Origin: the human T2T-CHM13v2.0 reference genome, Homo sapiens
Length of the DNA stretch: 64,000 bases
Direction: 5' to 3' (one strand)
Assembly (NCBI RefSeq): GCF_009914755.1
Contig: NC_060934.1
The position numbers and the translations under genes were made by a program. This document shows, piece after piece, positions 1-15,340 of this stretch (its first letter is position 1; every line of letters starts with the position of its first letter). Below the pieces are notes generated by a model. The model had not been told where the DNA came from, made no database searches, and saw only the letters and a list, made by a program, of their open reading frames with translations.

Positions 1-91
1 TTCTATTTCAGATTCCTAATCCACAGCATTAATTATCTTTTTTGAATACCCGAAGCAATTTATGTTGCTTAACATATAATAAAGTTAAGTC

Positions 92-218
92 CATTATTAT
101 TCCTGTCTTATAATTGAGGAGACTAGAGTCTAGATTATTTAAGCAACCAAAATCACACAGTCAGTCAATGACAGAGCCCATGACTAAAATTCTGTCTGTC
201 CCCAGATTTGTGCTCTTC
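92..218 (-). mobile_element. MIR fragment
   Basis: Degenerate match to the reverse MIR core (ttattattcctgtcttataattgaggagact...cacacagtcagtcaatgacagagc). Confidence 0.5.
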
Positions 219-663
219 AGATAATGACATTTCTGCACAGTTATTAATCTGAGTAAATAGAGTCCATAGTGAATTATTAGCTGATTTCAGGAGATTCCAT
301 GCAAATAAAAGTCTGTCATATCATGCTCTGCCAGTCTACATTAATACAAATCACAACAACAAGGCAGTTTATTTAAAAATATTAAAAGTAATAGAAGATT
401 GAATGGAAGGATGAATGGATGGATTGATTAAGAGATAGATAATAAATAAATTGATGAGAGAGAGAAACACACAGAGAGAAAGATAAAATTAACCACACTA
501 ATAAAAGTATGATTTGGTATATAACAGAAAAAGTTCTTTAGTTTGTTTGTTTGTGTGTGTAGGTATTCTGTCATAAAAACACAATTATCTAAAACATAAA
601 GTCTCAATCTTTTGCTTAAGAAATATTTTTAATTTAGGCTGGTTACAACTGTGAATTAAATTT

Positions 664-960
664 TATTTTTATTTTTTATTTTATTTTATTTTGATTTTTT
701 TTTTTTTTTTAAGATGGAGCATCGCTCTATTGCCCAGGCTGGAGTGTGGTGGCGCGATCTTGGCTCACTGAAACCTCTGCCTCCTGGGTTCAAGCGACTC
801 TCCTATCTCAGCCTCCCAAGTAGTAATTTTTGTATTTTTAGTAGAGATGGGGTTTCACAATGTTGCCCAGGCTGGTCTTGAACTCCTAACCTCAGGTGAT
901 CCGCCTGCCTCAGCCTCCCAAAGTGCTTGGATTATAGGTGTGAGGCACCATGCCCTGCCC
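664..960 (-). mobile_element. AluS with internal deletion
   Basis: Poly-T tail and both arms; lacks ~35 bp after cctcccaagtag; flanked by near-identical aa(c/t)tgtgaattaaattt TSDs (~647 and 961). Confidence 0.95.
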
Positions 961-1020
961 AATTGTGAATTAAATTTATATCTAGAAAAGGTGAGAAATA
1001 TTATTAACGAAGACATTTCT

Positions 1021-2024
1021 TTCTATGATACTTAAGTTATACATGTGTAGAAGGTGCAGGCTTATTGTATAGGTATATGTGTACCATGGTGGTTTGCTGC
1101 CCATCAACCTGTCATCTACATTAGGTATTTCTCTTAATGCTATCCCTACCCTTGCCCCCCACCCCCCGACAGGCCCCAGTGTGTGATGTTTCCCTCCATG
1201 TGCCCATATGTTGTCATTGTTCAACTCCCACTTCTGAGTGAGAACATGTGGTGTTTGGTTTTCTGTTCCTGTGTTAGTTTGCTGAGAATGATGGTTTCCA
1301 GCTTCATCCATGTCCCTGCAAATAACGAACTCATTCTTTTATATGGCTGCATAGCATTCCATGGTGTATATGTGCCACATTTTCTTTACCCAGTCTATCA
1401 TTGATGGACATTTGGGTTGGTCCCAAGTCTTTGCTGTTGTGAATAGTGCTGCAATAAACATATGTGTGCATATGTCTTTATAGTAGATGATTTATAATCC
1501 TTTGGGTATATACCCAGTAATTGGATTACTGGGGCAAATGGTATTTCTAGTTCTAGATCCTTGAGGAATCACCACACTGTCTTCCACAATGGCTGAACTA
1601 ATTTACACTCCCACCAACAGTGTAAAAGTGTTCCTATTTCTCCACATCCTCTCCAGCATCTGTTGTTTCCTGACTTTTTAATGATCACCATTCTAACTGG
1701 CCCGAGATGGTATCTCATTGTGGTTTTGATTTGCATTTCTGTAATGACCATTTCTGTAATGATGAGCTTTTTTCATATGTTTTTGGCCACATAAATGCCT
1801 TCTTTTGAAAAGTGTCTATTCATTTCCTTCGCCCACTTTTTGATGGGGTTGTTTTTCTCTTGTGAATTTGTTTAAATTCTTTGTAAACTCTGGATATTAG
1901 TCCTTTGTCAGATGGATAGATCGCAAAATTTTTCTCCCATTCTGTAGGTTGCCTGTTCACTCTGATGGTAGTTTCTTTTGCTGTGCAGAAGCCTTTTAGT
2001 TTAATTAGATCCCATTTGTCATGG
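1021..2024 (-). mobile_element. 5'-truncated L1PA (about L1PA6-8): ORF2 C-terminus and 3'UTR
   Basis: ORF2 peptides [15 protein letters not shown] and [27 protein letters not shown]; perfect 12-bp TSD GAAGACATTTCT at 1009-1020 and 2025-2036. Confidence 0.95.
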
Positions 2025-3197
2025 GAAGACATTTCTAACCAGCAACAGGTCCAGTATCAGGGCCTTTATGTCTTTGTCCACAAAGTGAGTATGTTCTGCA
2101 CAGGGCAGCAGTGTTTAAGGATATATTCTCTTCATGGAGTAACACCCAACTCAAACTTTAATGGTAACACTTTAAATCTTTCCAAGCTCTAAAAGCAATT
2201 TCTTCTGCTTAATTGCTTTTTGGGGACTGTAATACATGTGGGTATTCTTACTCTAAATATAATTCTCTGCATTTATTTTCAACATTTCTTTTATGGCCAC
2301 TTAAGTGACTTTTCTCTGGTTATTTATGCAATATAGGTGACAATCCTATTTGGTTTTCTATTTGAACATTCTGTAAAAGCTGAATAACAACTCCAAAATA
2401 CAACACAAACATGCAGATACATATACAAACACTTACTGTATTTTATTCAATTAACAAGTGTGTTCACTTTAATTCACACACAACTATACCTATAGGCATG
2501 CCCACACATACAAACACACATACACTGTTTCTCATTCCTATTTCCTTTGTCTGTACTTGGTTTAGTTATGGCACTTTTGTTTTGCCTCTAACATTTTTAT
2601 TTTAAAAAGAAAATTAAAATAGGTTATTGGGATCAAAGATATAAGCTTTTTGTTACTTTGAATGATTTTTGTAATTCAGAATATGCACTTGTTATTTCAG
2701 TTCTTATTTTTATAATTATTGGAAGAGTTTGTCTAATTACCCTATAAATCCCTAGAGAAAGGTAGCCACCATATACTTTATTTCTTGGTTATATGTATAA
2801 AAATCAGTAGGCAATGTAAAAATGTTTTTGTGTGAATTTATGTGAGTTATAATTCTAATTCTATGTCAATATTCACCTCAGATTACCACATGAAAGCTTA
2901 GTCACCAAGTATGCCTCATACTGAAATACCCACTGATTAAATCAGTTGACGACCAGCTCCTATCTTACATTCAAATCACCAGGATCAATAGAATATTTTC
3001 TTATTATCCAGATTCTCAATCCATTGCTTCTACTCACAAACTTCTCCCCATGATAAACATACACACATACATACACATCTCCCAGATAAATTCTTATGGT
3101 CATGACAAGGTAATCCCACTGCTTCCATTTATTAAATAATTGATTGAAAATATTTAGGTGAGAAAAATGGTTGTGTAAGAGTAATATTGTTAGCAAT

Positions 3198-3553
3198 TGC
3201 TAAAACTGAATGTCTATGTACCTTCAAAATTCATATGGTGAAACCCTAGTTCCCAGTGTGATAGCATTCAGTGGTGGGCCCTTGGGGGGTAATTAGTTGG
3301 TGAATGAGATTAATACTCTTATAGGAAGAGACACCAAAGAGATAATCTCTTTCTCTCTCTCAGTCTCTGCCATGTCAGTATATAATGAGAAAATGGCCAC
3401 GTGCAAACAAAGAAATAGGCCCTCATCAGTCACTGGATGTACAAGCACCTTTATCTTAAATTTTCCAGCCTCTGGAACTGTGAGAACAAGCGTTTTCTGA
3501 TTAAGTCACCCAGTCTACGGTAATTTGTTTTAACAGCCTAAAGTAACTAAAAC
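3198..3553 (+). mobile_element. MLT1A-type MaLR solo LTR
   Basis: Starts tgctaaaactgaatgtctatgtaccttcaaaattcatatg; ends ccagcctctggaactgtgaga...taagtcacccagtctacggtaatttgtt. Confidence 0.8.
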
Positions 3554-6500
3554 TGCAATTATCTCATGAATTTGGAAATGGTCTGTGTACACATTATTAG
3601 TAATTAATTTTGGAAAATTTACTTTTTTTTTGGTAAATCTTAGTTCTCACTAAAGAATCGGGATGATAACAATACCCTATCCCCAGCATGTCCATGAAAA
3701 TTAAATGGTAGAATGAATCTAAAAAGCCCGATGTATAATGGGTATAAAGTATTCAATACATGCTGATATTTACTTCTTTTCCCCTTTACGAGTACATGCA
3801 ATACGGTCTGATGAGGTCTTTTTAAAACTGTTCACAATAATTGACATTTTACAAGTCATATCATGTGATACTTTTTGCCAAACCTGGTCTCTGGCTTGAT
3901 CAGTTTTATTTTACATTTGAAATTTGTACTTAGACTTGTGGGACTACTTTCTTCCATGAAAGATCTAATACCCTACAACCAAACACTTCATTATTTGGAA
4001 TTAAAAAGCGAAATTCTTTGATTATATCTAAGCTAATTTAAGTATTTTAAGTATATAATGTTTAACTGTTAAGTAGTTTACTTCAATTATTAAAATGACT
4101 GAGTCAGAGTAACCGATTATACTTCCTAGGCACACTAGGCCAGATGTCAAGAATCAAGGACTTCATTTTCAGAGCTGGCACTCATTAGCTCTGGGTTTGG
4201 AGAATTCACTTATTCTCTTCATTCTTTCTGAATAGTTTAGCATTGTTTTCTAGATGTGATTGAGTTTAAATGCACTATTTGGAGGCTTATAGGTTCCATT
4301 CTTTTAGGGAAAATAATTTTGAAAAAGAAAGAATAAAAAACTCTAGGTCAAAAGGGATCTATGGCTGTCTCACAGCAAGAGTGAAACACTGAGATGCCTA
4401 CATGGTATATAAATATTAAAATAAAGAAGGCAAGCTGACTATGAAAAACAACAGCTGAATTATGGCAACAAATGAAAAATGTCAGTAGTATCTCTACTGG
4501 GGACACTATGGAATGGTGGGGACTGAGGATAATTAGAGAAGACAACCTGCCTACACATGGCAGCATCTACTAAGACTTATGACTCTGTTTATGAAGAATA
4601 TGAGTAAATGTCCTGATATTTAAACACATACCAAAAATTAAGATGTTCATGTATTTTGCTAATTTGATTATTTTAAAGTAATAATATTTTTTATTCAAAC
4701 AAATATATTGTCAGTTTAAAGGCCACTGTTTCTTACGTAATAAAATTTGCTTTTTGATTTGATGCTTGAATTTTTTCTATGACATCACAAGAAAGTTATT
4801 GGTTATACATGAACAAATGCATGAATGGAATTATTATTACTTTCATTGACAAATGCTTTTATATATGTAAAATTTTCATCTTAGAAAGTTATTTTATGTG
4901 TTTTTAGAGAACTATCCTCTCTTCCATGATGCATCTTTGTTAGTTCTATTTCTTTAAGTAACATTGAAGTTATTTATTTTTCTGTTTTTGTATATCACAT
5001 TCTTATTCCACTAAAATACCTATATTTTCTTCAGTTATGTATGATTGGATTTTTTTAACCATCCAGATACATGTCTTGTGACATAATAGAATCTTTTTTA
5101 TTCTTAGAATGAAAGAGCTAAACCATAGTCAGAAAACTTATGAATTTACTATATCACAGCTACTATGGTGTGGTATGTAAATTATGTTTATGAAAATTTA
5201 TGATTATTCAGATTAAGTCCTGCATATGTAATGTTAAGATTTTTTTACTTTATTTTTCTGAGAACTTGATTTACTAAAAGGTAAATAAATCACACTAGGA
5301 TATAAATATATCATTATTATTTTAAAAGGTATGCCCCAGTCCTCTTCTTACTGTTGGATAAGCTCGTTCTGAAACCACAGTTCCAGACTCTTCTCCTGAG
5401 TAAATAAACATATTTTAAAGCAGTGGTAAATATCTGTTTTGTCTGCAACTCCATCTCCAACAAGTAATTTGTTCAACAATTGTCAGTATGAAGTGGATGT
5501 CCTTTACATCAGCTCCCTAGATTTTTTCAAGTCCATTGGTGCTTCACAACATTTTTTCAGAGGTTATATTCTAGTCACTTTCTTTATTGTCCATTCAAAA
5601 CACTTGCTGAGACCTAGGGTGTCAGATTCTATTTTGCCTGTTATTTGACATTCCCTTCTCTTCCCAGGCCATTTAGCTACATATTTCCTATTGGACTATC
5701 TGCTTTGGCATTTAGTAAATAAATACCGTAAGTCACTGAGGGTATGGGAAGAAATATTGAGTCATAGATACCATTTTCTCTTAGGGAATTTTCCTCTGAA
5801 GGCTTGCAAGTGTGGTATAGTTCAGTGTAGTGCTACCAGCTTCTGTTCTAAGGACACAGCTAATTGGGTTCCTAATCCAAGATAATTTAAACAGATTATT
5901 TAACCTTTTTATGTTAGTGTTTCTATTTTGTATAGTGGTTATAATAAAACCATTTACTACTTAAGATTAAGATCCTCATAGATCTGAAGAAATATTGTAC
6001 TAGAATGCTTAGTGAAAAATGTCTGACACATAATAAATATTCCATACATTTTGGCCTTTGCTCTCATTGTTATTTTTACCATCAGCTCTCTCACCCTTGA
6101 AACCTGGCTCAGCCCCTGTGGAACTGTAGTATATCACCCCTGTCCCAAAACGAAGACCTAGAATATTTACCCTTACATGGTTCCTATATCCGAGGTCCCA
6201 GAAAGGTAGAAGGGGGAAATGTCACAATAATATTCAAAATATCTGAAAGCAAACTGTTATTGTTTTAGTGTGAGAATAGAGCTTCATAGAATTTGACATT
6301 GTATTTCCCTAAAATATTAAACTTGTATATTCTCAACAGTTATATTATAAATATTTATTCAGGTATACTCAAAATTTATCCATATTAATGATAATTATTT
6401 AAATGCTCTTTAGCTGTTCATCACCATATTAATACTAGGAATAATGACAGCTAATTTTAATTGAGTACTTCCAAACTGTGGCCCAGTTACAGTAAAATAA

Positions 6501-7247
6501 ACACTATTAGATACACTCCATCAATTATTACAGCAAGTCTATGAAACATACTGTATTACTAAGCCAGTATTAGAAATGAAAAACTCATGGGAAGGATATA
6601 TATAAAACTTGCTCAAAGTTACCCAGCTAATAAATGGCTAGGACACAATTAAACACCTATGTAGTTTTCTTTCCTGAGCTGAAATCCTAAATCCTTGGCT
6701 GTATGGCCCCTCATTCAAAAGCCCTAAATTGGCTAAAATTTATATAACAGAAAATTCACAGAATCATTTCCTTCTACTTTTCCACTACCAGGGCTGTTAA
6801 CAGTCCCAAGTAAAAGGGCAAAATTTTTTCTACTTGAGATAAGAAAAATACAGAGTGTGACAGGTGTTCCACCAATATAAAAACACTTTACCAGGAAAAC
6901 TGAGAAGGGGGCTGTTAACCTTCGGGGAAATGTGGGTCTTCAGTGGATTCTTGCTAGAAACATAAAAACGTAGAGAGAAGATTTTCATTTAAAAGCCTCC
7001 TCCCTTCAGCAAAGTATATTCTGATTCCATTATTGTGTTAGGCTCCTATATAGTTATAAGTAACCCCATGTGGTTTTAGAATTCTTAAATATTCACACAC
7101 ATAGTCATCTGAAGAATGAATAAATCCATGAATGACTAAACCAAGTTTATTCCTATATCATTTTCAATATCCTTAAATTATGCTTACATCCTTAAATCGG
7201 TTGCCTCATTCTCAAAGCACATAGTCTGTAACTCGTAAACACCTGTC

Positions 7248-7524
7248 GGCCGGGCACGGTGGCTCACGCCTGTAATCCCAGCACTTTGGGAGGCCAAGGC
7301 GGGCATATCACCTGAGTTCGGGAGTTTGCGAACAGCCTGACCACCATGGAGAAACCCCGTCTCTACTAAAAATACAAAAAATGAGCCGGGCGCGGTGGTG
7401 CATGCCTGTAATCCCAGCTACTTGGGAGGCTGAGGTAGGAGAATCACTTGAACTCAGGAGGTGGAGGCTGCGGTGAGCCAAGATCATGCCAGCCTGGGCA
7501 ACAATAGCAAAACTGTGTATCACA

Positions 7525-7555
<31 letters not shown>

Positions 7556-7563
7556 CAAAAAAA
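7248..7563 (+). mobile_element. AluSp-like with (CAA)n tail
   Basis: Full Alu with Sp-type cctgaccaccatggagaaaccc and gtggtgcatgcc. Confidence 0.93.
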
Positions 7564-8149
7564 TATATATATATAAAATTCATTTAGTACGGAAGAGTGT
7601 GAGGAAACAGAAAGTTAAAAAAAAAAATTGAAAGACCAGCAATAATCTCACTTTTTCAAGAATTTGTTAGCTCTTTCTGAGCTCCACTTAACAGTTACTT
7701 TCCCATTCTTCCCTGCACACCGTCAACACATAAGGACTCAAATTAAGATGATGTATATGTTTACACTCCAAAATTTTTAAAGAAAAAGGAGAGAGAGAGA
7801 AAAAAGTAAAAGAAAAGAAACCCAAAAGGGAAAATATAGCTAAGGTGAACTGGTGAGTTTCTACTCAGAATCCTTGTTATTGAGCATGATGTATTTTGTT
7901 TTCTTAATTTATGTATAATGAAAATGGAAGAGAAGAATTATAAATCATAGTTCATTTTTATGATCAGTACATAAATAAAATTTGAGTCTTTCTTGGCATT
8001 CATTACTTTACCTTAAAAACACAAGAGTATTTACTTTTTGTGTGGCAAAGAAGGCCTAATGGGGAACCTTGACCTTCACCTCAACTTGACAGTAAAAAAG
8101 AGCTGCTTCCTTCCCCTTTTGCTTGCCATGTGTCTGAAAAAGACTAGTA

Positions 8150-9130
8150 GCAAGAATATATAAAGAACTTTCAAAACTTAGGAGTGAACAAAGTCAAATT
8201 AGAAAGTGGGCAAAAGACATGAATATACATTTCACTGAAAAGAATATATGTTTGGAAAATCAGAGCATGAAAAGATGTCAACATCATTAGCCATTAGGGA
8301 ATGAAAAATTAAAACCCCAATGGGATTTCAATATATACCCAATGGAATAGTTACAATAAAAAATAATGATAATACTGAGTGCTAGCAAGGCTGCAAAGAA
8401 ACTACATAACTGCTGCATGGTTGATGGGAATGTAAAATAACAAAGCCATTCTCTATAACAATTTGATACTTTCTTTAAAAAGCAAACAAAGAGTTTAACA
8501 GGCAATGACATTATGACGCAGTAATTTCACTCCTGGGCATTTACAGCAGGGTAATTTTTAAAAACCACGTTAATTCAAAAACTTTATACAAATATTCAGA
8601 ACAGCTTTATTTTTAATAACCCCAAACTGGAAACAACCCAGACATTTTTGAAGGAGTGAATAAGTTTAAACAAAATGTATTACATTCATGCAATGAAGCA
8701 CTACTTAGCAACAAAAAGAAACAAGTTATTGATATAGACAACAACCTCCATAAATCTTCAGAGAATTATGCTGAGTAAATAAATCTAACCACAAAAGATT
8801 ATATGATATAGAATTTCCCTTGTAGAACATTACTGAAGTGATAAAATTATGAGAATGGAGGAAAGATTAGTGGTTATCAAGGGTTAAAGATGAGGTGAAA
8901 GAGGAAAATAGATGTGGCTAGGAAAGAACAACATGAGGGATTCCATGGTAATGGAAATATTCTGTATGTTGACTATATCAATCTCCACATATTGCTTATG
9001 ATATTGTACTATACTTTTGCCAGATGTTACCACTGGGAGAACTGAGATAAGGTTACAAGAGATCTCTCTATATTATTTCTTATAACTGTAAGTAAATCTA
9101 CAATTATATCAAAATTTAAAAGTTATTTTA
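8150..9130 (+). mobile_element. Old L1M (L1MC/MD-like) 3' region
   Basis: gggcaaaagacatgaatatacatttcac, aaactggaaacaaccca, and L1M 3'UTR ending gtaaatctacaattat. Confidence 0.75.
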
Positions 9131-9360
9131 AAAAGAGAGTTCTTAAATTAATAATTCATTCTCCCAACCTTAGAAATTAGAAAAGGAAGACTAAACTGAG
9201 CACAAAGCAAGAAAAACGAAGAAATAATACAGATTAGAGCAGAAATCAATGAAATAGAAAATAAAACAAAAAACAATAAAGAAATTTAAAGATCCAAAGT
9301 TTGAATCTTTGCAAAGATAAACAAAATTGAGAAATATTTAGATGATGAATAATAAAAAAT

Positions 9361-9667
9361 GCCGGGCACAGTGGCTTACGCCTGTAATCCCAACACTTTG
9401 GGAGGCTGAGGTGGGTGGATCACTTGAGGCCAGGAGTTTGTGACTAGCCTGGCCAACATGCGGAAACCCCATCTCTACTAAAAATACAAAAATTAGCCAG
9501 GCATGGTGGCGAGTGCTTGTAATCCCAGCTACTTGGGAGGCTGAGGCAGAATTACTTGAACCCAGGAGGTGGAGGTTACAGTGAACCCAGATCCTGCCAT
9601 TGCACTCCAGCCTGGATGACAGCAGCGAAACTCTGTCTCAAAAAAGAAAAAAAAAGAAAGAAAAAAG
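9361..9667 (+). mobile_element. AluSx/Sz
   Basis: Full-length dimeric Alu with A-rich tail. Confidence 0.95.
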
Positions 9668-10573
9668 AGATAATGTGCTGACTACCAAAATCAGGAACAA
9701 AGGTTACTACTACCAATCCTCCCCCATCCCATCCAAATATATTAATTATAAGGGAAATACTATGAAACACTTTTGATCACAAATTATACAACTTATATTT
9801 AAGGTAGAAAGTCTTAAAAACATATAAATTACCACAGCTGAAACAAAAATGAATAGAAAATCTGAATAAATATATCGAATTAGCAATTAAAAGTCTTTCA
9901 TAAGGAAATATACAGGACTTCACTGGTAAGTTATTTCACATATTCAATGAAGAAATGATACACATACTCAGAAAATAGAAAAAGAGAGAAACTTCCCAAT
10001 TCATGTTATAAGGCCTATATTCAAAGGCAAAAATAAAAAAAGAAAGAAAAAGAAATTTAAAAAATAAAAATTAAAATTAAATTACAGATCAATATACCTC
10101 ACAGATATAGACACAAAAATCTCCAATAAAATATTATCAAACTAAATTCAACCATATATAAAAATGATTGTACTCCATGACTAAGTGAAATTAATCCCAG
10201 AAATGCAAGATTGTTTTTGTATTTTAAATATAAAATGTAATGTAATATACTGTGTTATAAAATAAAGAACTAAAATGAAATGATTATCTCAATGATGCAG
10301 GAAAAGGATTTGACAGAATCTAACATGAATTAATAAAAAAAAATAGAATGGAAATTCTTCAACCTGATAGAGGACATCAACAACAACAACAACCAAAAAC
10401 ACTACATTTTACAGCAATATCTAATGATGAAAGATTGGATATTTGCCCCTCAAAATTGGCGACGTGCCAAAGATGTCTATAATGTTTACTCACTAATTCT
10501 ATCCAATATTGCACTGGAAGTTATAGCCAATACAATGAAGAATACATTGATAAAGCCCTCAGGAAATGGAAGT

Positions 10574-10880
10574 GGCTGGGCTCAATAGCTCAGGCCTGTA
10601 ATCCCAGTGCCTTCGGAGGCCAAGTCAGGAGGCTTACTTGAGGCTAGGAGTTCAGATCCAGCCTGGGCAACAAAGACAAATCCTCTTCTCTATGAATTTA
10701 TTCATTTTTTTAAATTAGCCAAGCATGGTGGCATTCACCTCTCCGTCTTAGGTACTCAGGACGTTGAGGCAAGAGGATTGTTTGAGCCCAGGAGTTCGAG
10801 GTTGCAGTGAGCTATCATTGCAAGTTACTGCACTCCAGCCTGGTAGATAGAGAAAGACACTTTATCTCTTAAAAAAATTA
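10574..10880 (+). mobile_element. AluJ
   Basis: Diverged dimer with J-type gaggattgtttgagcccaggagttcgaggttgcagtgagctat. Confidence 0.9.
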
Positions 10881-12953
10881 AGAAAATAATTATATTCACA
10901 ATACTATACAAATAAACCCTTGGAAATAAATTTAGCAAAATGTGTGTAAGGACTGTATGCTGAAAACTAATAATCTAAGCAAATGGAAAATCATTCCATG
11001 CTCATGGATTGGGAGACCTACTATTGCTTTTCTAGTAATTCTCCCATCATAGATCTGTAGATTTAATACTGTTACCATACATTAGCCATATTATATGAAC
11101 ATAAATATTTCATTTGTGAGCCTCATATCTAATTATTTGTTATTTACATATAAAATAATTATTTTAATATGAGCTCTTTGAAAAGCACTTTAAAAATGGT
11201 TCCCTGAGACCTTGGCTTTCAAGTTCTACTTAAACTATTCAGTATGAACTAGAAAATTTAGTAAACAAAGTGTCATCTTCTGCCTCATTATCTTTTTATT
11301 TGGAAAACTATGTTAGACTCCAAGGTATTCTCTCTTTACTTCAATGTAACAGAAGTAACCAGTTTAATTGTTCAGAACCTGACATTTATTTAATCATGTC
11401 TTCTTAGTGTTCAGGTTTATTGTCTTCAATGACTGGATGCCAGTCTGCTTCCTTTTTGACTTTCCTAGGCTCGGATTCATCAGATTCTCTACTTGTGTCA
11501 TTTGGAATGGAAAGACCCTCCCACAGGGTAGAGGTTATTCATTCTCTCTCTCTCTCTCTCTCTCTCCACCACAATTTTTGCCAAGAGCAAGTCAGGTTTT
11601 TGGTCAAGCTAAATTTTTACTGCATGCTTTCCTTCAACTAAGTGTGAAAGAAATCTATTAAATAATATTTAATTTGGTCTCAAATGTGAACCATACTCTC
11701 CAACCTACTTTTTCTACCAAATAACCATGAACTGAAATTTACTTCATAGTTTTGACCTTCATAAATTGTTTGTTTCCCCATTTATCTTCAATTCTTATAT
11801 GTTTTGAAATTATTGATATCAACTCTGGAGAAAAGAGTAAGTCTTACAACCGGCATAACAACAGGTACAATTAAAGAAGTATGTTCCTTAACATGAGAAG
11901 AATGTTAACCCATTTCAATCAAAAGTATTTCATTTTTCCCATGAGTAACACTATGCTGTGCATTGTGGAGTTTACAGAGGAGGTGAGATATGGTCCTGAC
12001 TTCGTGGTATACAATTTCATTTGATAGGGCAAGGCATATGTGGTATAATAAAGATATAGATGTTACTGACGTACATGAGAGCCTTGTGGGCTGAGTTCCC
12101 TTATAGAAGTGGAGTCTGTGCAATCTTGAAAATGGGTAGCATCTGGATAAGAAAAGAGTCAATCAAGTAAGAGAAATGCCCCAAAATTGCTTCTATGATA
12201 GTAGAACAGCTTCCTTCAGAAAAAGCTACATAGACATTTAAATTTAAAATTATAGCATCTTACAAACAAATATATAAATACCATTTACTTTTATGTCTAA
12301 TACATTTAGGGAAAGTATCTAAGTCAATGTTAAAAATTCTATTTCAAATCCTCGCATGCATCTCCTTTCACTAATTAAATAATAGTGAACTGTGTTTTGA
12401 AATCATCAGACACTTCAAAATTAGTTTTCTTTTCAAATAATGCAACGTAGTAAAATGGTGGACTTGCAAAGTTCTTATTTTACTGTGATTCTTCTATGAA
12501 AATAATGTAGGACTATTTAAAATTTTTCCTTAAACTTTCCACAAGTGTAAAGTAGGTAAAACACCACAAGCAATATTTGCTGAATTATTACAATATATTA
12601 TATGTCTTTTACTTAATATGAGTTATACACTGAGAACTTTTTTTTTCACAATAATTCTCCGAGATGAAGATAAAGTGGATGAAAAGTTGAAGTAAAGATG
12701 TATTCACCCTACAAGACTTAATAGTGAGTCTATGCTTAACTCAAGATTGCACTGGCCAAGGGATTAAAGAGGCAGAGGAGAAACTGCTTCCAGCGTTGTT
12801 TCCCAATAAATCAATAAAACTTGTCAGGTGTTTTCATCCAAGGAGAGAGTAACACTAACCTCTATCTTCATGTATACATTTTTTCCAGGCTTTTGGAGCT
12901 TGTCAATGATTCCTAAACTTGGCTTTATATTAGATTCACCTGGAGACCCATTA

Positions 12954-13148
<195 letters not shown>

Positions 13149-13394
13149 TTAGAATTTTTGAAGGTAGGATTGAGGCAGTGCTACTAAAAGCAATGACAAA
13201 AAGAAGCAAGCAAGCAAACCACTTGATGATAATATGGAACAAAGGTTGAGAACCACCAGATGGAAAAAGAAAACAAATTCATTAATACTGATCGTCTATT
13301 ACCTTTAAATAACCTAGATCTCAAGAGATCCCAATATACAAAAGCTTTGGCTAGGACCTGAGAATCTATTATAATTAGCATTTTCATTAATCTT

Positions 13395-15340
13395 AATATC
13401 TCACTCATATCATGCACAAAATTCAATGTAAGATGGATCACAGACCCAAATATAAATGCTAAAGCTTCTAGAAGAATACTTTGAGGAACATCATAATGAT
13501 CTTGAGTGAGATAAATAATGATTTTTTTTCGAGAGCACAAAATGTATTAAACATAAAAATAAAAATTGTTAATGTTTTTACTATATTAAACTTATATTCA
13601 TTTATTCAAAAAAACCTCATTACATATATAAGGAACTCCTAACAACAGAAAAAAATAACTTAAAAAGGGAGGCAAAATGATTGAATAAATTTTCTTCAAA
13701 GACATACAAATAGCCAAAAGGTATATGAAAAGATGTTCAACGTCACTAATGATCAAAGAGATACAAATAAAAACCAAAATATGATATCACTTACCACTTA
13801 TTAGGAGGGGTAATTTGGAATTTCCATTCCAAAAGAATGGAAATCAGGATGTGGTAGAGTTACCTGCATACCCATGTTCTTTGCAGCATTACTCACAAAA
13901 CAACAAAATCTGAAAACTTAAATGTCCATCAGCATATAAATGAATAAAGAAAATGTGGCGTATAAATACAATGGAATATTTTCAGCTTTAAGAAGCAAGG
14001 ACATTCTGCCATCTGCAAGAACATGAATGAACCTGGAGGATATCATGCTAAGCGTGATAAGCCAGTCACAGAAGGATAAATTCTGCATGATTTCACACAT
14101 ATGAGCTTTCTAAAATAGTCAAACTCATAGAAATAGAGAATAGAATGGTTAGGGGAAGGAGGAAGAAGGGTTGCTGTTCAACAGGTATAAAGTTTCAGTT
14201 GTGTAAGTTGCGTAAGTTCTAAAGATTTTCTGTGCAACATCACGCCTATACTTAACGGTGCTATAGTGTACATTTAAAACCTTACTAAGAGGATAGATCA
14301 CAAGTTATGTTTTTACCTCAATGAAAAATGAATAGAAATGTCACAGTGAGATAACACATTTGAAATACACAGACATGACAAAATATTTCTATGGAAAGTA
14401 AATAAATCCTACAAATTGTTATGCAGAAGATACATCACTCAATTAGAAGTGGGCAAAAGACTTGAACGGTCAGTTCATAAAAGAAGACAGCCAAATGGGG
14501 AATCAGGATAAGAAAATGTGCTGAACATAGTTGGTCATCAGAAAAAATGAAAATAAAAACCTCAATGAGATGTCATTACATATCCAAGAGAACTGGTAAA
14601 ATTAAAATGGCTAAATACCTGGAGACCGATATGGGAGGATAGCTTGAGCCCAGGAGTTCAAGGCTGCAGTGAGCTATGATTGTGCCACTCCACTCCAGCC
14701 TGTGTGATAGAGCAAGACCCCATCTCTTAAGAAAAAAAATTGGGGACTGAATATAGCAAGTGTTGAAAAGGCTATGAAACAAAGAAAATCTCATACATTC
14801 GTGGTGGGAGAGTAAATTTACAGCTATATTTTAAAGAAGTTTGGCAATTTCTTATAAAGTTAAACTGCACAAATACCCAATGACATCGTGATTCAATTTA
14901 TAGGTATATACCAAAAATAAATGAGGGTGTGTATTCACACAATAGAGACAGATATAAAATTATTCATGGCAGGTTTTTTTTGTAGGCAAAAACTGGATGG
15001 AACATCTATAAAGTGGAGAAGAGATAAACAAATTATAATATTGACTTACAGAGTAATAATACATAGCAATAGAAAATAAAATATTGACACATAAAACAGC
15101 ATAGATAAATCTCCAAAACATCATGTTGAGTAAAATAGGTCAGATACAAAAGTGTAAAATCTGTATGATTCCAGACAAATTTGACCAGTGGTTGTTATTG
15201 ACTGGAATAAAGCACCAGAACATTTTCTGTGGTAGTGAAACTGTTCCTTATCTTAACATGGCTGGTGTGAATATGAGTGCAGAAATACACAAAGTTAAGG
15301 TATACATCTTAAATTTATTCATTTTATGAAATATAAATTT
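13395..15340 (+). mobile_element. Nested old L1M 3' ends (L1MA-like inside L1ME-like), with an AluJ arm at ~14620-14740
   Basis: aaatgtccatcagcatataaatgaataaagaaaatgtgg, aacctggaggatatcatgctaag, and a second gggcaaaagacttgaac block. Confidence 0.72.

Larger units (their letters stand above)
9140..11070 (+). mobile_element. Old L1M ORF2 remnant interrupted by two Alus
   Basis: A-rich ORF2-like segments: gcagaaatcaatgaaatagaaa, ttaatcccagaaatgcaagattg, ccatgctcatggattgggagac. Confidence 0.75.

Noticed and set aside
2560-2975. 3'UTR-like AT-rich segment
   Set aside because: No identifiable parent transcript or insertion hallmarks.
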